NCBI GenBank assembly: GCA_964657335.1 | Contig: CAZZVI010000006.1 | Coordinates: 1 to 42,864, forward strand | Source of the DNA: an uncultured Terriglobus sp. | GTDB taxonomy: Bacteria; Acidobacteriota; Terriglobia; Terriglobales; Acidobacteriaceae | Length of the DNA stretch: 42,864 bases | Direction of reading: 5' to 3' | Shown here: in pieces, positions 6,967 through 16,245 of the stretch | Layout of the letters: every line of letters begins with the position of its first letter | Numbering within the stretch: the first letter of the stretch is position 1 | Program-made: the position numbers and the translations under genes | Notes under the pieces: model-generated | What the model was told of the DNA's origin: nothing | The model's input: the letters and a program-made list of their open reading frames with translations, nothing else | The model's database searches: none

Positions 6967-8745
6967 ATGGCTGATAATTTTGCACAAACCGTGAAAGAGG
7001 GCGCTGACATCGTCAAAGTGATCGGCGAGTATGTGCGTCTGCGCAAGAGCGGAGCGCAAAACTTCACCGGTCTCTGCCCTTTTCACCAGGAGAAGTCGCC
7101 GTCGTTCAGCGTGAACGCGCAGCATAATTACTTCTACTGCTTCGGCTGCCACCAAAAGGGCGATGTCTTCACCTTCGTGCAGAAGATGGAGAACATCAGC
7201 TTCCCGGAGGCGGTACGCACGGTCGCGCAGAAGGCCGGTATCCCGCTGCCGAAGCGGGAGTGGAGCTCTCCCGAAGAGGCAGCGCAGGCCGGTTTGCGGC
7301 GGCAGCTGCTCGACATTCACGAAGCCGCGACGCAGTACTTCCAGCAGGCGCTGCAATCTCCTGAAGCGGCGCGCGCGCGCGAGTATGTCTCCAGCCGCGC
7401 GGTTAACGCCGATACACTCGCGACCTTTCGCATCGGCTATGCTCCGGACGACTTCAACCACATGCGCGAGGCGCTGTCGAAGCACTTCAATGATGAGGCC
7501 ATGCGATCGAGCGGCCTGTTCTCATCGAAAGAGCAGAGCGAGGAAGGCCGGCCCGCAGGCAATCTGTATGCGCGTTTTCGCAAGCGCATTACCTTTCCCA
7601 TCTGCAACGAAGCGGGCAAGACCATCGCCTTTACCGCACGTGCTCTCAGCAGCGATGACAAGAGCGGGCCCAAGTATCTCAATTCGCCCGAGACGGGGCT
7701 ATACACGAAGGGCCAGGTACTCTTCAACCTGGACAAGGCGAAGGCCGCGATCCGGCAGCAGGATTATGCGCTGCTGGTCGAGGGCCAGATGGACTGCATC
7801 CGGGTGTTTACCGCGGGGATTCAGCCGGTAATCGCAACCAGCGGCACTGCCTTTACCGAGCACCAGGTGCGGCTGCTGTCACGCTTTACCAAGCGCGTTG
7901 TGGTCAACTTCGATCCGGATACCGCGGGCGCAAACGCGGCTGAGAAATCGTTAGCCTTGTTAACGGAAGCCGAGTTCGAGGTGCGCATTGTCACGCTCGA
8001 AGGCGGCCTGGACCCAGACCGCTTCGTGCAGGAAAACGGCATCGCCGCCTACGCGGAGGCGCTGCGGACCGCAAAGCCGCACGCGGAGTACCTCATTGAA
8101 CGTGCGCGCGCGCTTTTCCCGCAACGTACCGCCGAAGCCAAAGTGAAGGCAGTGAATTTTCTGCTACCGCATATGCGGCGCCTGCCCTCGGCCATTCAGC
8201 GCACCCAGTTTGTTGAGGACGCGGCGCAGAAGCTTGGCATCGATTCTTCGCTCGTACGGCAGGAGCTGCAGCACGCGGCCACGCATCGGCTCGAGAGCGT
8301 GCGCGCCACTGCCGGCCAGGTGATGAACGAGACGGAACGCATGCTGCTACGCGCGCTGGTGCTGCCTGGGAGCAGTCGCGCACGGCAGCGCGCCGCGAGC
8401 GAAATTGCGGTACATCCGGAGTGGCTTGAGGGCATGGCCGCCGGCGAGTTGATCGAGGCTCTGGCGCTGGCACCCGCGGGCAGCGAGCCGCTGGAAACCG
8501 CGCCGGACGATCGCAGCCGTGAGGTACTGGCGCACGTACTGCATGAGGACGCGGGTATCGATGAAGCGACGCTCGACATCGAGATCGGCAACGTGCTGCA
8601 CACGCTGGAACGCCGGCGACTGGAGCGCAAGCTGCGAGAGTTGAAGAGTCTGTCAGCAGAAGCTGAGCGTTCTGGAGATGTCGCCGCACGGAATCGACTC
8701 GGCACAGAGATCGTCCAGGTCAACAATTCTATCCGGATGCTTTAG
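6967..8745 (+). CDS. dnaG: DNA primase
   Basis: CHC2 zinc finger 'GLCPFHQEKSPSF...YCFGC', 'KYLNSPET', TOPRIM 'VEGQMD', 'FDPDTAG', 'DPD'. Confidence 0.97.
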   Translation: MADNFAQTVKEGADIVKVIGEYVRLRKSGAQNFTGLCPFHQEKSPSFSVNAQHNYFYCFGCHQKGDVFTFVQKMENISFPEAVRTVAQKAGIPLPKREWSSPEEAAQAGLRRQLLDIHEAATQYFQQALQSPEAARAREYVSSRAVNADTLATFRIGYAPDDFNHMREALSKHFNDEAMRSSGLFSSKEQSEEGRPAGNLYARFRKRITFPICNEAGKTIAFTARALSSDDKSGPKYLNSPETGLYTKGQVLFNLDKAKAAIRQQDYALLVEGQMDCIRVFTAGIQPVIATSGTAFTEHQVRLLSRFTKRVVVNFDPDTAGANAAEKSLALLTEAEFEVRIVTLEGGLDPDRFVQENGIAAYAEALRTAKPHAEYLIERARALFPQRTAEAKVKAVNFLLPHMRRLPSAIQRTQFVEDAAQKLGIDSSLVRQELQHAATHRLESVRATAGQVMNETERMLLRALVLPGSSRARQRAASEIAVHPEWLEGMAAGELIEALALAPAGSEPLETAPDDRSREVLAHVLHEDAGIDEATLDIEIGNVLHTLERRRLERKLRELKSLSAEAERSGDVAARNRLGTEIVQVNNSIRML

Positions 8746-8847
8746 AGGACTTAGCTGATCTCGCTGGGATTCAGAACAGGCTGCCAGCCACTTCGGTCCA
8801 CGGTCGCGTCAGCACTCTCGCGCATCTACTGCGAGGGAGAACTTTCC

Positions 8848-9720
8848 TTGTCGCTGCGCATCGTGTTCGAAATTGCTGGAACTCTGCTCGTGCTGTTTAC
8901 ACTGCGCGAGGTCTTTCGAGACATCTTTCATCCCACCCGCTCCGGCAACCTGAGCGATGCCGTCGGCCGGGGCATGTCGCTGCTGCTGCGTCACACGCGG
9001 CTGCGGCCTGCGGCTGGTCCGCTGGCGCTGATCGCGGTTCTGCTGGCTTGAATTCTGCTGCTCTGTATAGGCTTTGCCACCATCTACCTGGGTCTGTATC
9101 CGCAGGACTTCAGCACAAATGCGGGACTCGATAGCCTGCACTGGGGCAGCCGTGTTCTGCACTGCCTGTATTTCTCGATGGGCGCGCTCTGCACCTTCCA
9201 GACGTTTGACCTTAACCCGCGCACCGACTGGCTGCGCCTGATCGTGGCCATGCAGGGGCTGGTCGGCATCAGCATGATCACCGCGTCGGTATCCTGGCTT
9301 GTGCTGTTGTATCCCGCACTGGCACGGCAGCGTGCGACGGCACGGTGGCTCACGCTCGCGACCGAAGCTGAAGAACGCAGCGGCCTGTCGCACGACGAAC
9401 ATGACCCCATGCTCCTCGTGATGCTGGAACAGAGCATCGTGCAGGCGCGGCTTGACCTTGTGCTGTTTCCGATTCTGCTTCATTTCTACGCGCTGACGCC
9501 TGCATACACGTTGTCTACGGCGCTGCCCACCGCATGCCGCTTTGCTCGCGAATCCACGTGCGAAGGTCAGCCGGTCAAGGTGCGCCTGACGGGCACTAAG
9601 CTACTGATCGCGCTGGAGGATCTTGCGAAGACTCTGTCGGACCGCGTCCTCAACGAGGAGGATTCAAGCCATCCAGATGTTGAAACAATATTCCGCGCCT
9701 ATGCCGAGCGTGAACGCTAA
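8848..9720 (+). pseudogene. Potassium-channel-family (ion channel 2-like) membrane protein interrupted by an in-frame TGA at 9049-9051
   Basis: ORFs 8848..9051 and 9178..9720 share one frame. Read-through gives ...ALIAVLLA*ILLLCIGFATIY...LHCLYFSMGALCTFQTFDLNPRTDWLRL..., with the stop inside a TM helix at a probable TGG (Trp). Confidence 0.75.
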
Positions 9721-9747
9721 GACAAGCCTGCACCGTAAACTTCTTGC

Positions 9748-10335
9748 ATGGGGAACGAGAACAACAAGCCTGCAGAGTTGTGGCTGATCCGCCACGGTGA
9801 GACCGAGTGGTCAAAGAATGGCAAGCACACCAGCTACACCGATCTGCCGCTGACCGAGCATGGAAGCGAACAGGCAGCGGCACTCAAGCCAGCGCTTGCT
9901 GACGTGCACTTCGATCTGATACTCACCAGTCCGCGACATCGCGCGCAAGTGACCGCAGAACTCGCCGGCATGACGAACACCGAAGTCGAGCCAAACCTGC
10001 AGGAGTGGAACTATGGTTCCTTCGAAGGCCTGAGCACGCCCGAAATCCAGGCGACGCAGCCGGGATGGGATGTGTGGACGGCCGACATTACCGGCGGCGA
10101 ATCCGTTGAGCAGGTAGCCGCACGCGCAGGTCTTGTGATCGACCGCTGCATTGCAAATGGAGGACGTTGCGCGCTGTTTGCGCACGCGCATATCTTCCGC
10201 ATTCTCGCGGCGGTGTGGATCCAGCAGGATGGTCGCTTCGGCGAGCGGCTTGCGCTCTCCACCGCGACCATCAGTGTGCTCGGATGGGAGCACGGCCGAC
10301 GTGTCATCACGCGGTGGAACCAGGTTCCTGCGTAG
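9748..10335 (+). CDS. Histidine phosphatase family protein (phosphoglycerate mutase-like)
   Basis: 'LIRHGETEWS', 'TDLPLT..G', 'EWNYGSFEG', 'FAHAHIFR'. Confidence 0.92.
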   Translation: MGNENNKPAELWLIRHGETEWSKNGKHTSYTDLPLTEHGSEQAAALKPALADVHFDLILTSPRHRAQVTAELAGMTNTEVEPNLQEWNYGSFEGLSTPEIQATQPGWDVWTADITGGESVEQVAARAGLVIDRCIANGGRCALFAHAHIFRILAAVWIQQDGRFGERLALSTATISVLGWEHGRRVITRWNQVPA

Positions 10336-10344
10336 CGCACATGC

Positions 10345-11115
10345 CTATCGCAGCGTCGTGAAGCCGCCATCGATGAACGCATCCGTTCCGGTGATGAACG
10401 ATGCAGCGTCAGAGCAGAGATACAGCGCAAGCTCTGCAATCTCGCGTGGCGTGCCCATGCGGCCCACGGGCTGCGCGGCGGACAGCGTCTTCATCATCTC
10501 CGCTTCCCTGCCCGGGTAGTTCTTCGCGACAAAGCCTTCGACAAACGGCGTGTGCACGCGCGCCGGCGAGATGCAGTTGCAGCGAATGTTGAACGGCAGC
10601 AAATCTTTCGCGGCGCTCAGCGTCATCGAGCGCACCGCGCCCTTGGTCATCGAGTAGGCGAATCTTGCATCGATTCCCGCCGTTGCCGCGATGGACGCAA
10701 GATTCAGAATGCAGCCGGAACCCTGCGCCTGCATACGCCGCGCCGCGGCCTGCATGCAGAGATAGGTGCCGCGCACGTTGACGCGGTACAGGCGATCGAA
10801 GTCGTCCTTGCCCGTATCCAGCACCGTGCCGATGTGCGCGACGCCCGCGCTGTTGACCATGATGTCGAGCGGGCCATCGACCTGCGCAAACGCTGCGGCC
10901 ACACTTGCTTCGTCGCTCACATCGGCGGCAACCGCGGTGCACACCGTCCCGCTGCTCGCGGTGATTGCCGTTGCTGCGTTTGCAGCAACGTCCTGTTGCA
11001 GATCGAGTAAGGCGACCTCTGCTCCGGCCTGCGCAAACACCTCTGCGATGGCGTTTCCGATACCGCTGGCGGCGCCAGTAACGAGCGCTCTCTTTCCCTT
11101 CAAATCGAGAACCAT
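10345..11115 (-). CDS. SDR oxidoreductase, probable 2-keto-3-deoxy-L-fuconate dehydrogenase
   Basis: TGAASGIG, YSMTKGA (YxxxK), 'RCNCISPARVHTPFV'; directly downstream of the fuconate dehydratase gene. Confidence 0.8.
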   Translation of the reverse strand: MVLDLKGKRALVTGAASGIGNAIAEVFAQAGAEVALLDLQQDVAANAATAITASSGTVCTAVAADVSDEASVAAAFAQVDGPLDIMVNSAGVAHIGTVLDTGKDDFDRLYRVNVRGTYLCMQAAARRMQAQGSGCILNLASIAATAGIDARFAYSMTKGAVRSMTLSAAKDLLPFNIRCNCISPARVHTPFVEGFVAKNYPGREAEMMKTLSAAQPVGRMGTPREIAELALYLCSDAASFITGTDAFIDGGFTTLR

Positions 11116-11136
11116 GACTCACCTGACAAGCTGCTG

Positions 11137-12465
11137 TTAGACCTTCGCCGCACGTTCCGATTGCCAGAAGGTGCCGGTAGGAAAGGCGTACTCCGCAAGC
11201 GACGCGGCTTTGATATCGATGCTGTAGCCCGCTTCTTCCGGCAGCAGGTAGCGGCCTCGCCGCATATGCACGGGATGGAGAAAGTGCTCATGCAGATGGT
11301 CAACAAATTCCACCACGCGATCCTGGAGCGAAGCCGACACGCAGATGTAGTCGAATGCCGCAAGATGCTGCACGTACTCGCAAAGGCCCACGCCACCCGC
11401 ATGCGGACACACGGGCACGCCGAACTTTGCAGCCAACAGAATGATGGCGAGGTTTTCATTGACGCCCGCGACACGGCAACTGTCGATCTGGCACACATCC
11501 ATCGCGCCAGCCTGCAGAAACTGCTTGAACATGACCTTGCTGTGGCAGTGCTCGCCGGTGGCAATGCGCACGCCAGTCTCGCGCCGGATACGCGCGTGGC
11601 CGAGGATATCGTCCGGGCTGGTGGGCTCTTCCATCCACCAGAGATTCAGCTCCTTCAACGCAAGCGTGCGCTCGATGGCTTCGTTGACACCCCACTTCTG
11701 GTTGGCGTCTGCCATCATGACGCGATCCGGCCCGATCTCACTGCGCACAAGCCTGCCACGCCGCAGATCATCCGCGGGATCGCCGCCCACCTTCAGCTTG
11801 AAATGTGTCCAACCATCGGCGATCGCTTCGGCACACAGGCGCTTCACCTTGTCATCGCTGAAGCCAAACCACCCAACGGACGTGGTATAGGCGGGCAGGC
11901 CCTCTGAGCGGAGAAACTCGATGCGTTCCGCGCGCGAGGCGTAGTTCGCCTCAAGCATGGCGTGCGCTTCCCCCGGCGTAAGCGCGTCGTCGATGTGGTG
12001 AAAGTCGATGCAAGCTATGATCTCTGCCGGTGTCATGTCGGCGAGCAGCTTCCAAAGCGGCTTACCCTCGACCTTGGCCCACAGATCCCACACGGCGTTG
12101 ACGAGGGCCGCAGCGGCGAGGTGTATGACGCCTTTGTCTGGACCAAGCCAGCGGAACTGCGTATCGCCGGTGAGTTCGCGCACGAAGGCCGCCATGTTCG
12201 ACGTGATGCTCGCGAGCGTGCGGCCTGCGACAAAGCCGGCAAGATACTCGATCGCCAGGACGCAAAGCTCGGTTCCGCGACCGAGGGTGAACGTCAGTCC
12301 GTGGCCCTCAAGATCGTTACCGGTCTGCAGAATGCAGTATGCCGCGGAGTAATCAGGATCCTTGTTGACGGCATCGCTGCCGATGCTGAAGCGCGACGTA
12401 GGGAAGCGCAGATCGATCGTGCGAACGCCGGTGATGGTGATGTCGGTATGTTTCACTGCCGGCAT
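11137..12465 (-). CDS. fucD: L-fuconate dehydratase (enolase superfamily)
   Basis: 'DLRFPTS...GSDAVNKDPDYSAAY', 'GLTFTLGRG', 'AYTTSVGW', 'KLKVG', 'EEPTSPDD', 'CPHAGGVGLCE'. Start set at the ATG after RBS GAGGA. Confidence 0.9.
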   Translation of the reverse strand: MPAVKHTDITITGVRTIDLRFPTSRFSIGSDAVNKDPDYSAAYCILQTGNDLEGHGLTFTLGRGTELCVLAIEYLAGFVAGRTLASITSNMAAFVRELTGDTQFRWLGPDKGVIHLAAAALVNAVWDLWAKVEGKPLWKLLADMTPAEIIACIDFHHIDDALTPGEAHAMLEANYASRAERIEFLRSEGLPAYTTSVGWFGFSDDKVKRLCAEAIADGWTHFKLKVGGDPADDLRRGRLVRSEIGPDRVMMADANQKWGVNEAIERTLALKELNLWWMEEPTSPDDILGHARIRRETGVRIATGEHCHSKVMFKQFLQAGAMDVCQIDSCRVAGVNENLAIILLAAKFGVPVCPHAGGVGLCEYVQHLAAFDYICVSASLQDRVVEFVDHLHEHFLHPVHMRRGRYLLPEEAGYSIDIKAASLAEYAFPTGTFWQSERAAKV

Positions 12466-12499
12466 GGTTCCTCGTTCTATACGGGCTATGCAGCACGAG

Positions 12500-13291
12500 C
12501 TAACGGATTGTGAGCGCGCGGTCCAGGTGGGTGTAGCCACCATCCACAACGATGTGCTGACCGGTGGTGTGACTGGATTGTTGATTCGAAAGCAGGAAGA
12601 GCACCATCGATGCAATCTCGCGAGAAGTTGTCATGCGCCTGCCCAGCGGAATGCGTTGTGAGATCGCGGCGAGTGTCTCGTTGCGATCTTCGAGGGTCTG
12701 CAGCCAACTCTCATACAGCGGTGTCAGAACCTCCGCGGGAATGACGCTGTTTACGCGGATGCCCTGCGGTGCAAGCTCTGCCGCCCACTCACGTGTCAGC
12801 GCCAGCTGGGCCCCCTTGGTTGCAGCATAGGCTGACGTGCCGCCCTGCCCGGTGAGCGCGACCTTGGAACTGATGTTCACGATCGCTCCCTGTGACGCGG
12901 TTAACATTGGCAAAGCATAGTGTGCCATAGCGTAGTAATGGACCAGATTGTCCGCAAGACTTTTCATGAAACGGTTCGGATCACCGCTGGCTAATCCGAT
13001 GCCATCGTTGAAGCCGGCATTGTTCACCAGTCCGTTGAGGCGCCCGCACTGTTGCTGGATGAAGTGAACCGCAGCCTCGCAGCTCCCTGCCACGCCAAGC
13101 TCTGTCTCAAAAAAATCGACCGCATGACCTGCCTGCTGCAGATCGCGCAACAATGCCTCCACCTGAGGCGTCTTACGGCTGACGATGACGGGTCGCGCAC
13201 CCTCTTCCAGGCACAGGCGCGTAATGGCTTCGCCAATGCCCGACCCACCGCCGGTGATGCAGATCACGTGATTGCGCAGACCAAGGTCCAT
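12500..13291 (-). CDS. SDR oxidoreductase, probable L-fucose dehydrogenase
   Basis: 'TGGGSGIG', 'NNAGFNDG', 'NLVHYYAMAHY', 'SKVALTGQGGTSAYAATKGAQLALTREWA', 'PAEVLTPLYESW', 'DGGYTHLDRAL'. Confidence 0.85.
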   Translation of the reverse strand: MDLGLRNHVICITGGGSGIGEAITRLCLEEGARPVIVSRKTPQVEALLRDLQQAGHAVDFFETELGVAGSCEAAVHFIQQQCGRLNGLVNNAGFNDGIGLASGDPNRFMKSLADNLVHYYAMAHYALPMLTASQGAIVNISSKVALTGQGGTSAYAATKGAQLALTREWAAELAPQGIRVNSVIPAEVLTPLYESWLQTLEDRNETLAAISQRIPLGRRMTTSREIASMVLFLLSNQQSSHTTGQHIVVDGGYTHLDRALTIR

Positions 13292-13546
13292 TGCTTTCTC
13301 ACCCGTAACGTGGCAGCGTCGATAGCCGTGCTGCAGTCAACCGGAACAGTCTATCGCGGCGCGTGAAACATGCCTTCATCGAAAACGTCGTCACAGCCAA
13401 CGTTCTTGAGGTTTAGATTACGTTCGGATCCGAAGCACGGCAGGATCGAGACCTCACGGCAACCTCATCCTCTTTCCAGAGGATTAGAATGGGCGCGCTG
13501 ACCCGTGCGGCACGGCTGCGCTTTGCTGCAGACACTGGAGGCCGCA

Positions 13547-13909
13547 ATGCCACGCCATTGCTTTGCGCTCGATCTTAAGAACGATCCCGCGCTGATCGAC
13601 GAATACATCGAGCACCATCGCAACGTCTGGCCCGAGGTGATCGCCAGCTTTCACGAGGCAGGTGTGCGGACCGTGGAGCTCTATCGCATCGGAACGCGGC
13701 TGGTCATGCTGTTTGAGACTGACGACACTTACAGCGCCGAACGCAAGGCTCAGATCGACGCGCACCCCCGCATTCAGCAGTGGGAACAACTTATGTCGAA
13801 GTATCAGCAGCCGCTGCCTGAGGCCGCACCCGGCCAAAAATGGGTCGAGATGGATTGCATCTTCGACTTTCACTCTGATCGCGCACCACAGCCAGCGGCG
13901 CAGGGCTGA
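13547..13909 (+). CDS. L-rhamnose/L-fucose mutarotase family protein (DUF718)
   Basis: 'CFALDLKNDPALIDEY..HHRNVWPE', 'WEQLMSKYQQPLP', 'KWVEM'; RBS GGAGG; divergent from the fucose cluster. Confidence 0.88.
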   Translation: MPRHCFALDLKNDPALIDEYIEHHRNVWPEVIASFHEAGVRTVELYRIGTRLVMLFETDDTYSAERKAQIDAHPRIQQWEQLMSKYQQPLPEAAPGQKWVEMDCIFDFHSDRAPQPAAQG

Positions 13910-14009
13910 AGCCGCTTACTGCAAACGAGCCAGTCGCTTGTAGAGAGTAGACTCCGTGACATAATCCTGCTGTACGCTGCCGCTGTACGACTGGTCCACG
14001 GGACTTTTT

Positions 14010-14222
14010 ATGACCGATCATCTTTGCCCATTCTGCGGCCTTGTGAGCCTGCGCCGCTGCGGTCGTAAGGGGCTTTGGGAGAAGCATGTGCTGCCGATCT
14101 TCGGCATCTTTCCATGGCGTTGCGCACGCTGCCGCGAACGCTTCCGGCTGAGCGATCGCGGTGCCGGCTACCTGCGCGTGCGCATGGGAGAAAAGGGTTC
14201 AGGCGAGGATAGGACCGAGTAG
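14010..14222 (+). CDS. Small Zn-ribbon hypothetical protein
   Basis: CPFC ... 'FGIFPWRCARCRERF' gives two CxxC pairs; 70 aa. Confidence 0.65.
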   Translation: MTDHLCPFCGLVSLRRCGRKGLWEKHVLPIFGIFPWRCARCRERFRLSDRGAGYLRVRMGEKGSGEDRTE

Positions 14223-14238
14223 CCGTCCGTGCGGATAT

Positions 14239-15567
14239 ATGCCGAAGACACTTCAAAGCAGATCGCCCACCATGCCTTCCGGCTCCACCGATGATGCTGC
14301 ACACGGAAGGCGTCTGCTGCTGTTCGTCACGAGCAGCCTGCTGCTTGCGAATGGAGTGCAATGGCTCCTTTTTCGGCTGCTGAGAATGGGGAATCCCGGC
14401 GGCGTTAAGAGCGTTCTACTCGATTTTCTCCAGATGCACACGTGGACTGATTCGTGGCTGCCGATGATGCGGTCGGTGGACTACTTTCGTGCCAACCCGC
14501 ACCTTCCGCTCTACTACGCTCCCCTGTATGACACGCTGATCTACTCGCTGGCGAGCATCCTTCCGATCTGGTTGTTGAAGCGGATGGGCATGGGCGACGC
14601 AGCCATGCTGCGTATGCTTGCGATCACATCTTGGCTGGCGCTTGCGGGCGTTGCTGCCGTCTCGCTATGGATGGGCAAGCGGCTGCTGGCTAAGCGAGGC
14701 GTGCGCCTAGATGGGGCGACGGTGCTCGCCGTCATCTTATTGGTGCTGTTCTGTTATCCGCTGCTCAAGGGATACTCGCTGGGCAATGCACAGACTTTTC
14801 TGTCGTTTGGCTTCACGCTGTTACTGCTGTTGTGGAGCAGCGGCCAGGAGCGCGCCAGCGGAGTGACCGCTGCTCTGCTGACGTTTGTGAAGCCGCAGTT
14901 CGTTCTTCTGCTGGTCTGGATGGCGGTTCGAAAGCGCTGGAACGCCGCTGCTGCCTTTCTGGTGACAGCGGCCGTGTTGCTGGTGTTGTCCGTGCTGGTC
15001 TTCGGGTTGCAGAACAACCTGGACTACGTGCATGTGCTGGCGGGGCTTAGCCGCAAGGCGCAATCACACTTTGCTAACCAGTCGATGTTCGGCACGCTGA
15101 ACCGCATGATCGGCAACGGCGAAAACATCGGCTACACTCCGTTGCTCTACACGCCTTACATCCGCTGGGTCTATCTCACCACTGTAGGCACCGCGTTGCT
15201 GCTTGTGGCTGCCGTGCTGCTGTTTCCGTGGGGACGCATGCGCGGTTCGGCGGGTGACCTGGCGGCCATGGGCATCGTGTCTGTCATCGCATCGCCCATG
15301 GCCTGGGAGCACCACTACGGCATCGTTCCGGCAGTGCTTGCGTGGATGTGGTTCGCCCACGCATGCTGGCAGCGACGGCGGCCCTGGTTGCTGGGCCTAG
15401 CAGCTCTGCTGACACTGAACGCGTGGCCCGGCTTCAATCGTCTTGCAGACTTTCACGGGTGGAATGTGCTGCAGAGCTACATGTACTTCGGCGCGTTGCT
15501 GCTGATTGCCGTGCTGATGCGAACGGCGCATGGCCTTACACATGGCGAGGTCGATTCGGTTCCCTAG
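14239..15567 (+). CDS. Glycosyltransferase family 87 (DUF2029), GT-C membrane protein
   Basis: Multi-TM; 'YSLGNAQ', 'FVKPQ', 'NQSMFG', 'SPMAWEHHY'. Start uncertain (14239 or 14272). Confidence 0.82.
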   Translation: MPKTLQSRSPTMPSGSTDDAAHGRRLLLFVTSSLLLANGVQWLLFRLLRMGNPGGVKSVLLDFLQMHTWTDSWLPMMRSVDYFRANPHLPLYYAPLYDTLIYSLASILPIWLLKRMGMGDAAMLRMLAITSWLALAGVAAVSLWMGKRLLAKRGVRLDGATVLAVILLVLFCYPLLKGYSLGNAQTFLSFGFTLLLLLWSSGQERASGVTAALLTFVKPQFVLLLVWMAVRKRWNAAAAFLVTAAVLLVLSVLVFGLQNNLDYVHVLAGLSRKAQSHFANQSMFGTLNRMIGNGENIGYTPLLYTPYIRWVYLTTVGTALLLVAAVLLFPWGRMRGSAGDLAAMGIVSVIASPMAWEHHYGIVPAVLAWMWFAHACWQRRRPWLLGLAALLTLNAWPGFNRLADFHGWNVLQSYMYFGALLLIAVLMRTAHGLTHGEVDSVP

Positions 15568-15669
15568 CAGTGTCCGCAGGTCAGCGTCGTATACTTAAGT
15601 GTGATGCCAACACCTCCTGGCGGCCGTTCTGGCCTGCACTCGCGCAGCATTTTGACGAACAGACCCATC

Positions 15670-16245
15670 GTGAACTCGCACCCCTATGACACCGCCGAGG
15701 GCCGTCGCATTCGCTCGACCACGGTGCTGTGCGTGCGGCGCAACGGTGCCGTTGTCATGGCGGCGGATGGCCAGGTGACGCTCGGCAGCGCCGTCATGAA
15801 GTCGGGCGCAAAGAAGCTCCGCCGGCTGTACAACGACAAGGTGCTGGCTGGCTTTGCCGGGTCGACTGCCGATGCGTTTTCGTTGTTCTCGCGCTTTGAG
15901 AGCAAGCTGGAGCAGTTCGCCGGCAACCTGCCGCGCGCTGCTGTCGAACTCGCCAAGGACTGGCGCACGGACAAGCTGCTCCGCCAGCTCGAAGCGTTGC
16001 TGCTGGTCGCCGACAAGGAGCACATGTACCTGCTGGGCGGTAACGGCGATGTCATCGAGCCGGACGCGATCGAAGGCGGATCCATCATGACCATCGGCAG
16101 CGGCGGCAGCTTCGCCCAGTCCGCCGCGCAGGCTTTGCTTGAGAATACCGATCTTTCCGCCCGCGCCATCGTCGAGAAGAGTATGAAGATCGCGGCGGAG
16201 ATTTGTATTTATACGAACGAGAACATCACGGTGGAGGAACTGTAA
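15670..16245 (+). CDS. hslV: ATP-dependent protease subunit HslV
   Basis: 'TTVLCVRR...AADGQVTLG', '[10 protein letters not shown]', 'WRTDK', 'IGSGG', 'ICIYTN'. Start uncertain. Confidence 0.96.
   Translation: MNSHPYDTAEGRRIRSTTVLCVRRNGAVVMAADGQVTLGSAVMKSGAKKLRRLYNDKVLAGFAGSTADAFSLFSRFESKLEQFAGNLPRAAVELAKDWRTDKLLRQLEALLLVADKEHMYLLGGNGDVIEPDAIEGGSIMTIGSGGSFAQSAAQALLENTDLSARAIVEKSMKIAAEICIYTNENITVEEL

Noticed and set aside
9049-9120. Selenocysteine or alternative genetic code at the in-frame TGA
   Set aside because: The position lies in a TM helix where Trp fits, there is no redox motif or evident SECIS hairpin, and many genes in the window end in TGA.
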